From NCBI GenBank assembly GCA_044892505.1, contig CM097884.1:160766001-160830000 (forward strand): DNA of 64,000 nt, given 5' to 3'. Within the stretch, counting starts at the first letter, position 1, and each line of letters starts with the position of its first letter. The position numbers and the translations under genes are program-made. A model generated the notes under the pieces. It ran no database searches and was not told where the DNA came from. It saw only the letters and a list, made by a program, of their open reading frames with translations. The DNA is from Schmidtea nova (lineage: Eukaryota). Positions 26,893 through 39,398 of this stretch are shown here, piece by piece.

Positions 26893-29637
26893 TCATTTAT
26901 TTTTTTGTGTTACGCGCTTCGGTCTTTTAATAGTTTTGCGATGAATATTAATTATTTCCTCATTTGACGTAGCTGGACCTAAATCAATGTCAGTGGGAAG
27001 CAAGCGCTTAAGACTTTCTCTGTCTTTGTCTGATGTCAATAGAATGTTATCATCTATGTTAGGGGAAGGAGATATTTCTACAGATTCTTCATTAGAATCA
27101 ACGACATTCTCAACAGTTTTCACACTATCAATTGTTGTATCGACATTTTCAGCAATCGTCTCAGAATTTACATGTGGTAAAACATATTCAAGTAGTCTCG
27201 AGATGTGTACGCTCATACTAGGTGAACAAATTTTCCTACAATATTGAGGAACACGGAAACGTCTGTTGCCATTTAAGAAATATCTCTTATCTCTTACTAC
27301 AAAAAACACGAGTCTCTTTGCTCTTAAAATCTCATCATCAGTTAGTTCAGATTCAAAATCATTGATCTTACTAGATATTATATTAAGCGCCTTGATTTGA
27401 TCCGACTTATTTGGAAGAGACTTATCTACAAACTCTAAGAAAGCATTTAACTCAGAAATAGTTTTGGGAGAGATTATGTTATGGATCTTGTCAATCTCTT
27501 GAGACAAATTAACCTGCTTTAGTTTCAGAAGTCTTTCCTGACAACTAGTTTTATAATAAGAACTACTGAGATTCTCGATCATTTCTGGGCCCCATATCTC
27601 AATCGTGTCAATGTCCAATGAGTACGAGTTTTCAATATCTGTTATGGAATGCATTAAAAAGCAATTCCTAAGATAGTTTTGAACGTATATATCAAAACTC
27701 GGCTTAATAATTAATTTTAGGGAATCCCTTAATTTTAAATAATTTAGGTAAAAAATTATGTCAACCAGTTTTTGAGATGAAGTTGGTTGATCAAGAAGAG
27801 AACTAAACACATTGTCATCCTCTGACATCTGAACAAAGTTCAGTAGCCCTAAATTAAACATGATATCGGAGGCACCATCTTCGTGCACAGCGACTGAATT
27901 TTCACTATAAATTTTAATAAATTTGCCCCCTGTAAATGAAATCTGTTCAGGGAATTTATTTTCAGATTTTAATTTTTCTATTAAATTATTTAATGCGTGA
28001 GGATTAGCATATGTGTTTTCAATAAAACACAATTCCTCAATTTCTGGGTGTGATTTAAATAAATTTTGTAATTGCAACCTTGACAATTCAGATGCAGTTT
28101 GAGTTGAGAAAATTTCATCTGAATCGCAAGTGCTAAGAATATCGAGCATTACAAAATCTCCGTCTAGATATTTAATCTGTGATTTTATTAAAAAGTCAGG
28201 GAGCTCTTTTCGCTGTTTTAATTCGCGAAGAATATTATTAATTTGTATTTCCCTGGACTTTAAATTACTAATAGACACAGTGCCGGCCAGTTTCGACGAA
28301 AGGGAACAAAGAAAACGCTTAATAATTGAAGAAGCCGGGACAAATTTCGTATTTGTATTGTTGGCCTTCAAAATGTTTGATCCAATCAAAAACGTCTTTG
28401 TAGAGGATTTTAAAATATTATTATTTAAAGGGACAACTTTATCAGGCACCAAATTCTGAAAAACACAGATATTATGATTTCTATAAAAGAAACCTTCAAA
28501 CCCAGCGATGCTTAGTGGATTTTCCTCTTTTATAATAATTAAAAGGTCATTGTTAATTAAATCAAATTTGTTGCTTGATTCTTTTAATTTCAAAAGTTTG
28601 TGAAATTTGGGAAATAATCTAAGAAAAGAATTTTTCTCCTTTTTTGTTAATATACGCGGTAAAATATTTTCAAAAATTTCTTTTTTTAATTTAAGATGAG
28701 AATTTTTATTTTTATTATTATTTCTGAAATTAGAATTTGATTTCATTTTCAAACTTTCCAATTTGAAATTTCGTTGATTTTGAAAGTTCTTATCAGTATT
28801 AAAATTATTTTTAGATTTAATTTCCTGATCATTTGATTTTAAATTAGAAATGTTATTTGCAGTTGAAATTTCGAAATTTTCAAAATTTCGATTGTTTAAA
28901 TTATCCAATTTAATCGCAGGTAAATTAATATTTTCAAAAACAGGTTTAATAATTTTCTTTTTATTTTCATTATTATTATTAATAGTTATATTATAATTTT
29001 CCAGCCAATTTCCATCGATTGCATAGCTTTCAGGAGTAGATCCATCATCTAGTAGAAGGATCTTTTCAAAATTATTATTTTTATTAAAAAATAAATTTTT
29101 GTTATTTAAAGTACTTTTTACATTATTATTATTATCTTTATAATCACTTAAATTTTGACTATTCGGCTTTTCTAGTTGAATTGTTCGTTCGTTTTTAGTC
29201 TGTGTAGAATTATTTCTGTAAATTGTCGACTTATTTAATAAAATTTTATGACATGAATAGCAAAGATTGCCTGCACTTTTGTCATTTTTATTTACATTCA
29301 AAGAGTTGTCATACAATTCGCTATTTTTATCTAAATTAGGAATTATTCTAAAATTTTCAATATTAGATTTACAATTAAAAGTAGATAAATTAGCATATAA
29401 ATTACCACGACCAAAACCGGACACACCATTGTCAGAATTACCATTGTGAAAATTACAATTATAATTTAAATTATCATTTAGATTTTTCGAACCAAAATTA
29501 GATATAGGTTTATTTACAAAATCTTGGTTCGAAACTTCCAAAAATTTAACAATATAATCTAACTTACAGTTATTAGAATAAATCATCCTTTCAAGCTCTG
29601 ACAAATTCGCCCCAAATGGCACAAAATTATCCTGCAT
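26893..29637 (-). CDS. Retrotransposon ORF1 (914 aa)
   Basis: Intact ORF. Confidence 0.9.
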   Translation of the reverse strand: MQDNFVPFGANLSELERMIYSNNCKLDYIVKFLEVSNQDFVNKPISNFGSKNLNDNLNYNCNFHNGNSDNGVSGFGRGNLYANLSTFNCKSNIENFRIIPNLDKNSELYDNSLNVNKNDKSAGNLCYSCHKILLNKSTIYRNNSTQTKNERTIQLEKPNSQNLSDYKDNNNNVKSTLNNKNLFFNKNNNFEKILLLDDGSTPESYAIDGNWLENYNITINNNNENKKKIIKPVFENINLPAIKLDNLNNRNFENFEISTANNISNLKSNDQEIKSKNNFNTDKNFQNQRNFKLESLKMKSNSNFRNNNKNKNSHLKLKKEIFENILPRILTKKEKNSFLRLFPKFHKLLKLKESSNKFDLINNDLLIIIKEENPLSIAGFEGFFYRNHNICVFQNLVPDKVVPLNNNILKSSTKTFLIGSNILKANNTNTKFVPASSIIKRFLCSLSSKLAGTVSISNLKSREIQINNILRELKQRKELPDFLIKSQIKYLDGDFVMLDILSTCDSDEIFSTQTASELSRLQLQNLFKSHPEIEELCFIENTYANPHALNNLIEKLKSENKFPEQISFTGGKFIKIYSENSVAVHEDGASDIMFNLGLLNFVQMSEDDNVFSSLLDQPTSSQKLVDIIFYLNYLKLRDSLKLIIKPSFDIYVQNYLRNCFLMHSITDIENSYSLDIDTIEIWGPEMIENLSSSYYKTSCQERLLKLKQVNLSQEIDKIHNIISPKTISELNAFLEFVDKSLPNKSDQIKALNIISSKINDFESELTDDEILRAKRLVFFVVRDKRYFLNGNRRFRVPQYCRKICSPSMSVHISRLLEYVLPHVNSETIAENVDTTIDSVKTVENVVDSNEESVEISPSPNIDDNILLTSDKDRESLKRLLPTDIDLGPATSNEEIINIHRKTIKRPKRVTQKNK

Positions 29638-29998
29638 TAATATTTTAAAAAATTTATTAACCTTTTCAATATCTTTCTTATAAATTTATTATAATGAGTT
29701 ATTTAAACAAATTTATATTAAAGGTTTTCAAATTTCGAAATTTACTTTTCCTCGACAAAATCAAACAACGCATGGCAAATGTTTGCCATTTTCAATCAAA
29801 TGACAATCTCTTTCACAAATCTCATAGAATTTTGATTTTGTAAAATTATTAATAATTTTTTTTCAAATAATGGTAACGACCTTGGAACGTTTATATTAAT
29901 CCAATTTGTTGAATTTGATTTTGAGTAGAGCAAATTAGTTTCGACAAATTTACAACGTTTACAATCTTATCATGATGATAAGATTGTAAAAAAAAATA

Positions 29999-30070
29999 TT
30001 CCCTGACCGGGAGTCGAACCCGGGCCACCTGGGTGAGAGCCAGGAATCCTAACCGCTAGACCATCAGGGA
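29999..30070 (-). tRNA. tRNA-Glu(CTC)
   Basis: 72-nt consensus copy. Confidence 0.96.
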
Positions 30071-30375
30071 TCGATATATGTTTCCAATCTCTAGTTAAAG
30101 GTTTTCGAATTTCGAAATTTACTTTTCCTCGACAAAATCAAACAACGCATGGCAAATGTTTGCCATTTTCAATCAAATGACAATCTCTTTCACAATTCTC
30201 ATAGAATTTTGATTTTGTAAAATTATTAATAATTTTTTTTCAAATAATGGTAACGACCTTGGAACGTTTATATTAATCCAATTTGTTGAATTTGATTTTG
30301 AGTAGAGCAAATTAGTTTCGACAAATTTACAACGTTTACAATCTTATCATGATGATAAGATTGTAAAAAAAAATA

Positions 30376-30447
30376 TTCCCTGACCGGGAGTCGAACCCGG
30401 GCCACCTGGGTGAGAGCCAGGAATCCTAACCGCTAGACCATCAGGGA
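30376..30447 (-). tRNA. tRNA-Glu(CTC)
   Basis: 72-nt consensus copy. Confidence 0.96.
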
Positions 30448-30746
30448 TCGATATATGTTTCCAATCTCTAGTTAAAGGTTTTCGAATTTCGAAATTTACT
30501 TTTCCTCGACAAAATCAAACAACGCATGGCAAATGTTTGCCATTTTCAATCAAATGACAATCTCTTTCACAAATCTCATAGAATTTTGATTTTGTAAAAT
30601 TATTAATAATTTTTTTTCAAATAATGGTAACGACCTTGGAACGTTTATATTAATCCAATTTGTTGAATTTGATTTTGAGTAGAGCAAATTAGTTTCGACA
30701 AATTTACAACGTTTACAATCTTATCATGATGAAAGTGAAAAAAATA

Positions 30747-30818
30747 TTCCCTGACCGGGAGTCGAACCCGGGCCACCTGGGTGAGAGCCAGGAATCCTAA
30801 CCGCTAGACCATCAGGGA
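30747..30818 (-). tRNA. tRNA-Glu(CTC)
   Basis: 72-nt consensus copy. Confidence 0.96.
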
Positions 30819-31122
30819 TCGATATATGTTTCCAATCTCTAGTTAAAGGTTTTCGAATTTCGAAATTTACTTTTCCTCGACAAAATCAAACAACGCATGG
30901 CAAATGTTTGCCATTTTCAATCAAATGACAATCTCTTTCACAATTCTCATAGAATTTTGATTTTGTAAAATTATTAATAATTTTTTTTCAAATAATGGTA
31001 ACGACCTTGGAACGTTTATATTAATCCAATTTGTTGAATTTGATTTTGAGTAGAGCAAATTAGTTTCGACAAATTTACAACGTTTACAATCTTATCATGA
31101 TGATAAGAAAGTGAAAAAAATA

Positions 31123-31175
31123 TTCCCTGACCGGGAGTCGAACCCGGGCCACCTGGGTGAGAGCCAGGAATCCTA
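31123..31175 (-). pseudogene. tRNA-Glu target remnant (nt 20-72) at the 3' junction of E4
   Basis: Same junction. Confidence 0.95.
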
Positions 31176-31706
31176 GTAAACGTTTATTAATTATAATAAA
31201 TTTTCCAAATTTACAATGGGACAATGCTCTACATGGAGCATGCCTTTCATGAAAGATACAGCAAATAAAGAGACAGAATTTCAATGATAGTTAAAATCAA
31301 ATGTGAGAAAATAAGGTCTCAATAAATGTTGCTTTTCATAAATGTTCCCTGGCGATGATTTGAAATATTTCATCGGACTGTTTTTCCGGCTTTGCGGCAT
31401 CCTTCAGCCTATCTTTTCATGTCATGATCACAGTCTTTTTGTTTTCTGAGGAATCCGCAGCAATAAAACTTCTTCACGAGTCAAGGTGTCTAGAGACATT
31501 GAGTTTACAGACGCTAGAATTGGTTCTACTAAATAAATATACAAATATACATATATACATATATAAATCCTCGGACTCGGGCGGAAATAAATCTAAAATA
31601 AATTTTATCTACAAATTAAAAAAAAAGGTTTATACTATATACATTAAAATGGCAATTCTCCGCACAACGAGTGTCTGCATTTTGATCGTGGCATTCATTA
31701 CAAATC

Positions 31707-34700
31707 TCACAAGTCTCTAAGATAACCAGTCGTATGAAAATGCCACCTATTGGCTGAGTGTTTGATATTACTTATCGCACACTGTTTCAAAAGAGGATCG
31801 ATTTTCTTCAAAGGTATTCCAACCTTTAAAAGAACATCGAAAGTCAAAGGTGGAATTGATCCTAGAGAACCAATGATACAAGTGAGTAGTTCTACCTTGT
31901 AATCAGGTTTCGCGATTTGAATTGCCTTTCTTAACGATTCGTATTTTAACAGGTTTTCTTTATTTACCTGCTCAAAACTCGAAAGACAATCAATCGGACA
32001 TTTCATGTCTACCATGAGAATTCTTTTCCTATTTACGTCGGTTATGATGAGGTCAACTCGCTCTTTAGAGTATGGAACCAACGAACAAGTTTGATCGATA
32101 ACGACAATAAGATTCGGATCTGTCAGTTGATCTGTTATCAATTTCAAACAATCATTGTGTCTTTTTGTTGCAAGTGTTTGATGAACTTTACATGATTGCA
32201 AAACATGTGCCATTGTTTCCTCCTCAGAGTGGCAGCGACGACAAAGTCTTTCTTTTACATTTCGATAAGGTTTAGCTAGAAATGACAATGTATTCGTGCG
32301 AGCACGATGGATGAAATTCCAAGAGAATTCTGACAGATCACTTCGAAAGATTGCTTTATTGATCTTAGGCGAAAGAGTGATTGCTGATGCGATCAAATTA
32401 CTTTTATTACTACTTTGCCATTTGGAAAGATAAGAATCAAAAAGCGTATCATGCAAGATCTTAGAAATAGAATTCCGAAAATCGGGAGTTGCGATCAATG
32501 TACCTCGCTCTTTTGTTGTAATATGAAGCACAGGTTCATTATTTAGGGTTTGAAAGGATATCCTAATGGCATGAATTTTATTCAGGAATTCTACAGATGT
32601 TCGCGCTCTCCGAAAACGTGTTTTCTTTCCATGATGGATGCGCTTGCATTCAATGCCATTTAACCAATCAAAGCTATCCTGAAGAGTTGGATGCTGAATT
32701 CCAAGTCGAGAACTAGTGACAAATTTCAAAGAGTCTGTATTGATCTTTTTTGCATAATTGCAAATGGAAGTAAAAAGTCGAAAAAAGTGCACTATGGTTT
32801 GGACATGATATTCGTCAAGCAGGTCAACACAAGAAGCTCCACCATTTTCCGTGGAGTTGTAAAAATATGAAATCTCTGAATTTTCAGGAAGATTCATCAT
32901 TTTTCTCAAATGACTTCTCAATTTACTTGTGTTGTTACCAGTGACATTGCTATTTCCATAAGGGATTGCCAAAGTACTTGTTTTTATTTCCCTCGTTCTA
33001 AAAGGAAAGATGAGGCGTGAATGTAGAAAAATCTTGTAAGCTTTGAGTTTTTGCCAGCCTAACAAGTCAGAGTTTGCAAGTTTTTTGGCGTCAGATATTA
33101 CCTTATTTAGGATATCATAAGGGCTTTGATCAATATCTTCTCCAACTGGGACACCAAGATACTGATAGAACTCGCGAGATAGCAATTTCTTGATTTTGAT
33201 ATTTTCAATAGAAATTTCACTATCTATGTGGACCTTAGGAAGTTGAATGTATCCACATTTTTCTGGTCGATATACAAAACCTATTTGTGCAGCAGTGTCA
33301 ACAGCTATATCAGTGATTCGTTGCAAGTCACTGACATTTTTTGATATTAAAGCAATGTCGTCTGCGTATGCAAGAATTTGTAACGGAGATGTGCCAATCA
33401 TGAATGGTTCTACTGTCGATCGGCTGACAGCTTCAAGTACCGGATTAATCGCAATGGCGAATAAAATCATTGAAATTGGGCATCCTTGTTTCACCCCTTG
33501 TCTAATAGCTATGTTTGAAGTGAGAACTGGTCCGCAACTGTACATAGAAGATGTGTCGGAATAAAGTAGTTGCAATATCGTAGTGAACTCATCACATACG
33601 CCAATATATCGAAGGACAGACCACATGTATTCATGAGGGACACTACCAAATGCGTCTTTAATGTCAAGCCATGCAATCGATATTGGACAATCTTTACTAT
33701 ATTTAGAGTGTTCCAAAGCAGCTGTCAGTATGGAATTGTGTTCAACACAGCCATCGTGTTCTGAACCTCCCTTTTGTCCAATGTGTAGAATGTTGTTCAA
33801 ATCTACCCAAGTAGTAAGACGTCTAGCCAATATCGAAGCAAAAACCTTATAAATCACTGACAATAAGGCAATCGGCCTCCAAGATGACACATTATCGTAT
33901 TTGTCATTCTTGTCAGGTTTCGGAATCAAAAGAGTCCTGAAAGATTTCCAATCATTTGGAACGATTTTATCGGTTATTATTCGGTTAAAAAGAAATGCAA
34001 GGAGATCCCCATCGGGATCCAAAAGACGCAAATCTCTATATTGAATACCATCAGAACCAGGAGATGTGTTGTCAGCTTTTTTAAGCTCAAACAATACCTC
34101 GACTGGCAATATTCGATCGAGTTTCAAAGGCTTTTGTGATTTTTTACAGAATTGAAGGACAGAATTCCAGCATTTGGATATAGGTAATGCGTGACTATAA
34201 TATTTAATAATGTCTTCAATTGAAGGCCTTACATTTATTTTAAAATTATCAATGATTTTACTGACGGCTCTTTTCATTTCCGTCATAAATAGAGAAATAA
34301 TTTGAGTTTTATTTAAATTTGAGTTATCTCTCTTATTTTTCCCTAAATAAAGTTTAAAAGTTGATTTCTTACGATCAGGAAATTCTTTGATAATTATGTC
34401 AATGATCTCATTGACAGTTGAAAATTTAATTGCTATTAAAAGGTCTTTGATTTTAATTTTGCGTTGAATTAAATTTAATTTAACTAGTTCCTTTTCATTC
34501 CCTTTTGGTATTATTTTAGTGTTAATTTTATTTGTTTTATTGGCAACTGGAACTAAGGAACTAATAACATTTCCAATATCGCGCAGGTTGATGTTTTCAA
34601 GGGATATGTCACAAGCATAATGTTTGATAAATGCGCATATAAGTATTTTACAGAGAAGACCTGAACCTCGCACATCATGTGGACAAATACCGTTTGTCAA

Positions 34701-36287
34701 TGCACGACCAGGGGTTTCTCGTAATTCATTAATTTTTTCAATGATGGTTTTACTCATTGAGAGATAATTAATACCGGATAAAAGAGTTGTTGGATTCAAA
34801 ATATAATGTGCATCGGTATTGTAATCTATTATTAATAAGTTTTCCCTTGATTTTTGGGGGGTTATAACTGAAAAAATGACTTGTGCTTTAACAAGACATT
34901 CATAATTTAGAAATGTACTGATGTATTGGGTACAATCATCGAGGATCGCCGTTGACATTGTTGCGTTTAACAAGATAAAGGTCGGTGATAATTTTAGATT
35001 GTTAAAATAAGTTGTTAGAATTTGATCGTCAAGCTTCCCATTTATTGTGTCTAAGTTTAAACAGATTTCATTTACATGTTTTAGTTTCAATGATTTTAGT
35101 GATTTTGTAGTATCTTCAAGATTGGCAATGTTATTAAAAATTAACTTTTCTAATAAAGTAATGAAATATGATGCCATTATGATTGGTTCAACGGAAAATA
35201 TTGGTGAGAAACTGATCTCGTGATCAATGGTAAAGTTAATCTTTCTCTGAAGGAAAAATTGATTCAAATAATCGGTCATATTTTCTCCTATACCGATTAA
35301 TCTTTCTTTTACAGTTTGAAAGCCTGTAGTAAAAATGTGACTTTTTCCGAGTTGAACAGAGAACAGAAATAAGCACCAAGAGTTGTTATTTGGAATAATA
35401 CTTATTACATGTTCAATGTATTGAAATTGTTTGAAAGTCACGTTTTCAATAATGAAAGCATTATTTTGCGCAACTATATTTGACGTTAATTCGGGAGAGA
35501 GAACCATTATATTAGTGTAGGTTGAAAACCATTTATCAATCAATGTTGATATGCATGGGTTTTCGTTATATAGCATGATGTTATTTGCTTTGCTTTTATA
35601 TCTAACTGCTTTCTTGAAGTTGATCAAGTTCATAAAGTTTGACTTTGGCGGACCACCTCCAATTGTTTTTGATGTAATAGTGGTACAGTTAGCATTATTA
35701 TTGAAAACATCTTCCCTTATACTATTTACAAAATTATCAGGAAAGTATTCCCAAACTTGACTAATTATCAATGCGTAAGCGCAGACAAAAGGCCCACAAT
35801 CAAAGTCGTTATTTTGATATTCAAGTTTAATATGGGGATTATATGTTACCGCCGCTTTAAGTTTAAACAATTTATTTAAAGCCATATTTATTTTAAGGGC
35901 GCTTGTTTTGTTGATAAATTTATTTTTATTTTCAAGAATTGGATCAATGTAGTACGAAAGTAAGGATGATTTACAGTACACGAACAAGATCCAATGTGCG
36001 TTTGATATATTTAATGGGCAAAGTATTATTTGTGCGTTAAACACTGTTTCTGGCAAGGAAATTATATTTTCCTCAAGATTTGCAAGTAAAATGCTAACAA
36101 TATAACATTTAATGCAAGCATACATTTGGCTACTGATATGACGCTCAAGATAAAAGTCAATGTCATCATCAGTGAACCAGGCCTTTGGATCACGCACGGA
36201 ATTTAAATTATTTACAGTTTTATTACTTGTGCTGTCTGCATCAGTCTCTTTTGAGATTGGGGCAGATATTAGGACTGATGCAGGCAC
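31707..36287 (-). CDS. ORF2 (protease-RT-CCHC-RLE), intact
   Basis: 1526 aa, same motifs. Confidence 0.95.
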   Translation of the reverse strand: MPASVLISAPISKETDADSTSNKTVNNLNSVRDPKAWFTDDDIDFYLERHISSQMYACIKCYIVSILLANLEENIISLPETVFNAQIILCPLNISNAHWILFVYCKSSLLSYYIDPILENKNKFINKTSALKINMALNKLFKLKAAVTYNPHIKLEYQNNDFDCGPFVCAYALIISQVWEYFPDNFVNSIREDVFNNNANCTTITSKTIGGGPPKSNFMNLINFKKAVRYKSKANNIMLYNENPCISTLIDKWFSTYTNIMVLSPELTSNIVAQNNAFIIENVTFKQFQYIEHVISIIPNNNSWCLFLFSVQLGKSHIFTTGFQTVKERLIGIGENMTDYLNQFFLQRKINFTIDHEISFSPIFSVEPIIMASYFITLLEKLIFNNIANLEDTTKSLKSLKLKHVNEICLNLDTINGKLDDQILTTYFNNLKLSPTFILLNATMSTAILDDCTQYISTFLNYECLVKAQVIFSVITPQKSRENLLIIDYNTDAHYILNPTTLLSGINYLSMSKTIIEKINELRETPGRALTNGICPHDVRGSGLLCKILICAFIKHYACDISLENINLRDIGNVISSLVPVANKTNKINTKIIPKGNEKELVKLNLIQRKIKIKDLLIAIKFSTVNEIIDIIIKEFPDRKKSTFKLYLGKNKRDNSNLNKTQIISLFMTEMKRAVSKIIDNFKINVRPSIEDIIKYYSHALPISKCWNSVLQFCKKSQKPLKLDRILPVEVLFELKKADNTSPGSDGIQYRDLRLLDPDGDLLAFLFNRIITDKIVPNDWKSFRTLLIPKPDKNDKYDNVSSWRPIALLSVIYKVFASILARRLTTWVDLNNILHIGQKGGSEHDGCVEHNSILTAALEHSKYSKDCPISIAWLDIKDAFGSVPHEYMWSVLRYIGVCDEFTTILQLLYSDTSSMYSCGPVLTSNIAIRQGVKQGCPISMILFAIAINPVLEAVSRSTVEPFMIGTSPLQILAYADDIALISKNVSDLQRITDIAVDTAAQIGFVYRPEKCGYIQLPKVHIDSEISIENIKIKKLLSREFYQYLGVPVGEDIDQSPYDILNKVISDAKKLANSDLLGWQKLKAYKIFLHSRLIFPFRTREIKTSTLAIPYGNSNVTGNNTSKLRSHLRKMMNLPENSEISYFYNSTENGGASCVDLLDEYHVQTIVHFFRLFTSICNYAKKINTDSLKFVTSSRLGIQHPTLQDSFDWLNGIECKRIHHGKKTRFRRARTSVEFLNKIHAIRISFQTLNNEPVLHITTKERGTLIATPDFRNSISKILHDTLFDSYLSKWQSSNKSNLIASAITLSPKINKAIFRSDLSEFSWNFIHRARTNTLSFLAKPYRNVKERLCRRCHSEEETMAHVLQSCKVHQTLATKRHNDCLKLITDQLTDPNLIVVIDQTCSLVPYSKERVDLIITDVNRKRILMVDMKCPIDCLSSFEQVNKENLLKYESLRKAIQIAKPDYKVELLTCIIGSLGSIPPLTFDVLLKVGIPLKKIDPLLKQCAISNIKHSANRWHFHTTGYLRDL

Positions 36288-36293
36288 ACACCT

Positions 36294-39038
36294 TCATTTA
36301 TTTTTTTGTGTTACGCGCTTCGGTCTTTTAATAGTTTTGCGATGAATATTAATTATTTCCTCATTTGACGTAGCTGGACCTAAATCAATGTCAGTGGGAA
36401 GCAAGCGCTTAAGACTTTCTCTGTCTTTGTCTGATGTCAATAGAATGTTATCATCTATGTTAGGGGAAGGAGATATTTCTACAGATTCTTCATTAGAATC
36501 AACGACATTCTCAACAGTTTTCACACTATCAATTGTTGTATCGACATTTTCAGCAATCGTCTCAGAATTTACATGTGGTAAAACATATTCAAGTAGTCTC
36601 GAAATGTGTACGCTCATACTAGGTGTACAAATTTTCCTACAATATTGAGGAACACGGAAACGTCTGTTGCCATTTAAGAAATATCTCTTATCTCTTATTA
36701 CAAAAAACACGAGTCTCTTTGCTCTTAAAATCTCATCATCGGTTAGTTCAGATTCAAAATCATTGATCTTACTAGATATTATATTAAGCGCCTTGATTTG
36801 ATCCGACTTATTTGGAAGAGACTTATCTACAAACTCTAAGAAAGCATTTAACTCAGAAATAGTTTTGGGAGAGATTATGTTATGGATCTTGTCAATCTCT
36901 TGAGACAAATTAACCTGCTTTAGTTTCAGAAGTCTTTCCTGACAACTAGTTTTATAATAAGAACTACTGAGATTCTCGATCATTTCTGGGCCCCATATCT
37001 CAATCGTGTCAATGTCCAATGAGTACGAGTTTTCAATATCTGTTATGGAATGCATTAAAAAGCAATTCCTAAGATAGTTTTGAACGTATATATCAAAACT
37101 CGGCTTAATAATTAATTTTAGGGAATCCCTTAATTTTAAATAATTTAGGTAAAAAATTATGTCAACCAGTTTTTGAGATGAAGTTGGTTGATCAAGAAGA
37201 GAACTAAACACATTGTCATCCTCTGACATCTGAACAAAGTTCAGTAGCCCTAAATTAAACATGATATCGGAGGCACCATCTTCGTGCACAGCGACTGAAT
37301 TTTCACTATAAATTTTAATAAATTTGCCCCCTGTAAATGAAATCTGTTCAGGGAATTTATTTTCAGATTTTAATTTTTCTATTAAATTATTTAATGCGTG
37401 AGGATTAGCATATGTGTTTTCAATAAAACACAATTCCTCAATTTCTGGGTGTGATTTAAATAAATTTTGTAATTGCAACCTTGACAATTCAGATGCAGTT
37501 TGAGTTGAGAAAATTTCATCTGAATCGCAAGTGCTAAGAATATCGAGCATTACAAAATCTCCGTCTAGATATTTAATCTGTGATTTTATTAAAAAGTCAG
37601 GGAGCTCTTTTCGCTGTTTTAATTCGCGAAGAATATTATTAATTTGTATTTCCCTGGACTTTAAATTACTAATAGACACAGTGCCGGCCAGTTTCGACGA
37701 AAGGGAACAAAGAAAACGCTTAATAATTGAAGAAGCCGGGACAAATTTCGTATTTGTATTGTTGGCCTTCAAAATGTTTGATCCAATCAAAAACGTCTTT
37801 GTAGAGGATTTTAAAATATTATTATTTAAAGGGACAACTTTATCAGGCACCAAATTCTGAAAAACACAGATATTATGATTTCTATAAAAGAAACCTTCAA
37901 ACCCAGCGATGCTTAGTGGATTTTCCTCTTTTATAATAATTAAAAGGTCATTGTTAATTAAATCAAATTTGTTGCTTGATTCTTTTAATTTCAAAAGTTT
38001 GTGAAATTTGGGAAATAATCTAAGAAAAGAATTTTTCTCCTTTTTTGTTAATATACGCGGTAAAATATTTTCAAAAATTTCTTTTTTTAATTTAAGATGA
38101 GAATTTTTATTTTTATTATTATTTCTGAAATTAGAATTTGATTTCATTTTCAAACTTTCCAATTTGAAATTTCGTTTATTTTGAAAGTTCTTATCAGTAT
38201 TAAAATTATTTTTAGATTTAATTTCCTGATCATTTGATTTTAAATTAGAAATGTTATTTGCAGTTGAAATTTCGAAATTTTCAAAATTTCGATTGTTTAA
38301 ATTATCCAATTTAATCGCAGGTAAATTAATATTTTCAAAAACAGGTTTAATAATTTTCTTTTTATTTTCATTATTATTATTAATAGTTATATTATAATTT
38401 TCCAGCCAATTTCCATCGATTGCATAGCTTTCAGGAGTAGATCCATCATCTAGTAGAAGGATCTTTTCAAAATTATTATTTTTATTAAAAAATAAATTTT
38501 TGTTATTTAAAGTACTTTTTACATTATTATTATTATCTTTATAATCACTTAAATTTTGACTATTCGGCTTTTCTAGTTGAATTGTTCGTTCGTTTTTAGT
38601 CTGTGTAGAATTATTTCTGTAAATTGTCGACTTATTTAATAAAATTTTATGACATGAATAGCAAAGATTGCCTGCACTTTTGTCATTTTTATTTACATTC
38701 AAAGAGTTGTCATACAATTCGCTATTTTTATCTAAATTAGGAATTATTCTAAAATTTTCAATATTAGATTTACAATTAAAAGTAGATAAATTAGCATATA
38801 AATTACCACGACCAAAACCGGACACACCATTGTCAGAATTACCATTGTGAAAATTACAATTATAATTTAAATTATCATTTAGATTTTTCGAACCAAAATT
38901 AGATATAGGTTTATTTACAAAATCTTGGTTCGAAACTTCCAAAAATTTAACAATATAATCTAACTTACAGTTATTAGAATAAATCATCCTTTCAAGCTCT
39001 GACAAATTCGCCCCAAATGGCACAAAATTATCCTGCAT
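36294..39038 (-). CDS. Retrotransposon ORF1 (914 aa)
   Basis: Intact ORF. Confidence 0.9.
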   Translation of the reverse strand: MQDNFVPFGANLSELERMIYSNNCKLDYIVKFLEVSNQDFVNKPISNFGSKNLNDNLNYNCNFHNGNSDNGVSGFGRGNLYANLSTFNCKSNIENFRIIPNLDKNSELYDNSLNVNKNDKSAGNLCYSCHKILLNKSTIYRNNSTQTKNERTIQLEKPNSQNLSDYKDNNNNVKSTLNNKNLFFNKNNNFEKILLLDDGSTPESYAIDGNWLENYNITINNNNENKKKIIKPVFENINLPAIKLDNLNNRNFENFEISTANNISNLKSNDQEIKSKNNFNTDKNFQNKRNFKLESLKMKSNSNFRNNNKNKNSHLKLKKEIFENILPRILTKKEKNSFLRLFPKFHKLLKLKESSNKFDLINNDLLIIIKEENPLSIAGFEGFFYRNHNICVFQNLVPDKVVPLNNNILKSSTKTFLIGSNILKANNTNTKFVPASSIIKRFLCSLSSKLAGTVSISNLKSREIQINNILRELKQRKELPDFLIKSQIKYLDGDFVMLDILSTCDSDEIFSTQTASELSRLQLQNLFKSHPEIEELCFIENTYANPHALNNLIEKLKSENKFPEQISFTGGKFIKIYSENSVAVHEDGASDIMFNLGLLNFVQMSEDDNVFSSLLDQPTSSQKLVDIIFYLNYLKLRDSLKLIIKPSFDIYVQNYLRNCFLMHSITDIENSYSLDIDTIEIWGPEMIENLSSSYYKTSCQERLLKLKQVNLSQEIDKIHNIISPKTISELNAFLEFVDKSLPNKSDQIKALNIISSKINDFESELTDDEILRAKRLVFFVIRDKRYFLNGNRRFRVPQYCRKICTPSMSVHISRLLEYVLPHVNSETIAENVDTTIDSVKTVENVVDSNEESVEISPSPNIDDNILLTSDKDRESLKRLLPTDIDLGPATSNEEIINIHRKTIKRPKRVTQKNK

Positions 39039-39398
39039 TAATATTTTAAAAAATTTATTTACCTTTTCAATATCTTTCTTATAAATTTATTATAATGAGT
39101 TATTTAAACAAATTTATATTAAAGGTTTTCAAATTTCGAAATTTACTTTTCCTCGACAAAATCAAACAACGCATGGCAAATGTTTGCCATTTTCAATCAA
39201 ATGACAATCTCTTTCACAAATCTCATAGAATTTTGATTTTGTAAAATTATTAATAATTTTTTTTCAAATAATGGTAACGACCTTGGAACGTTTATATTAA
39301 TCCAATTTGTTGAATTTGATTTTGAGTAGAGCAAATTAGTTTCGACAAATTTACAACGTTTACAATCTTATCATGATGATAAGAAAGTGAAAAAAATA

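Larger units (their letters stand above)
21775..29717 (-). mobile_element. Full-length element E3 (7943 bp)
   Basis: Same structure and junctions. Confidence 0.95.
31176..39118 (-). mobile_element. Full-length element E4 (7943 bp)
   Basis: Same structure and junctions. Confidence 0.95.
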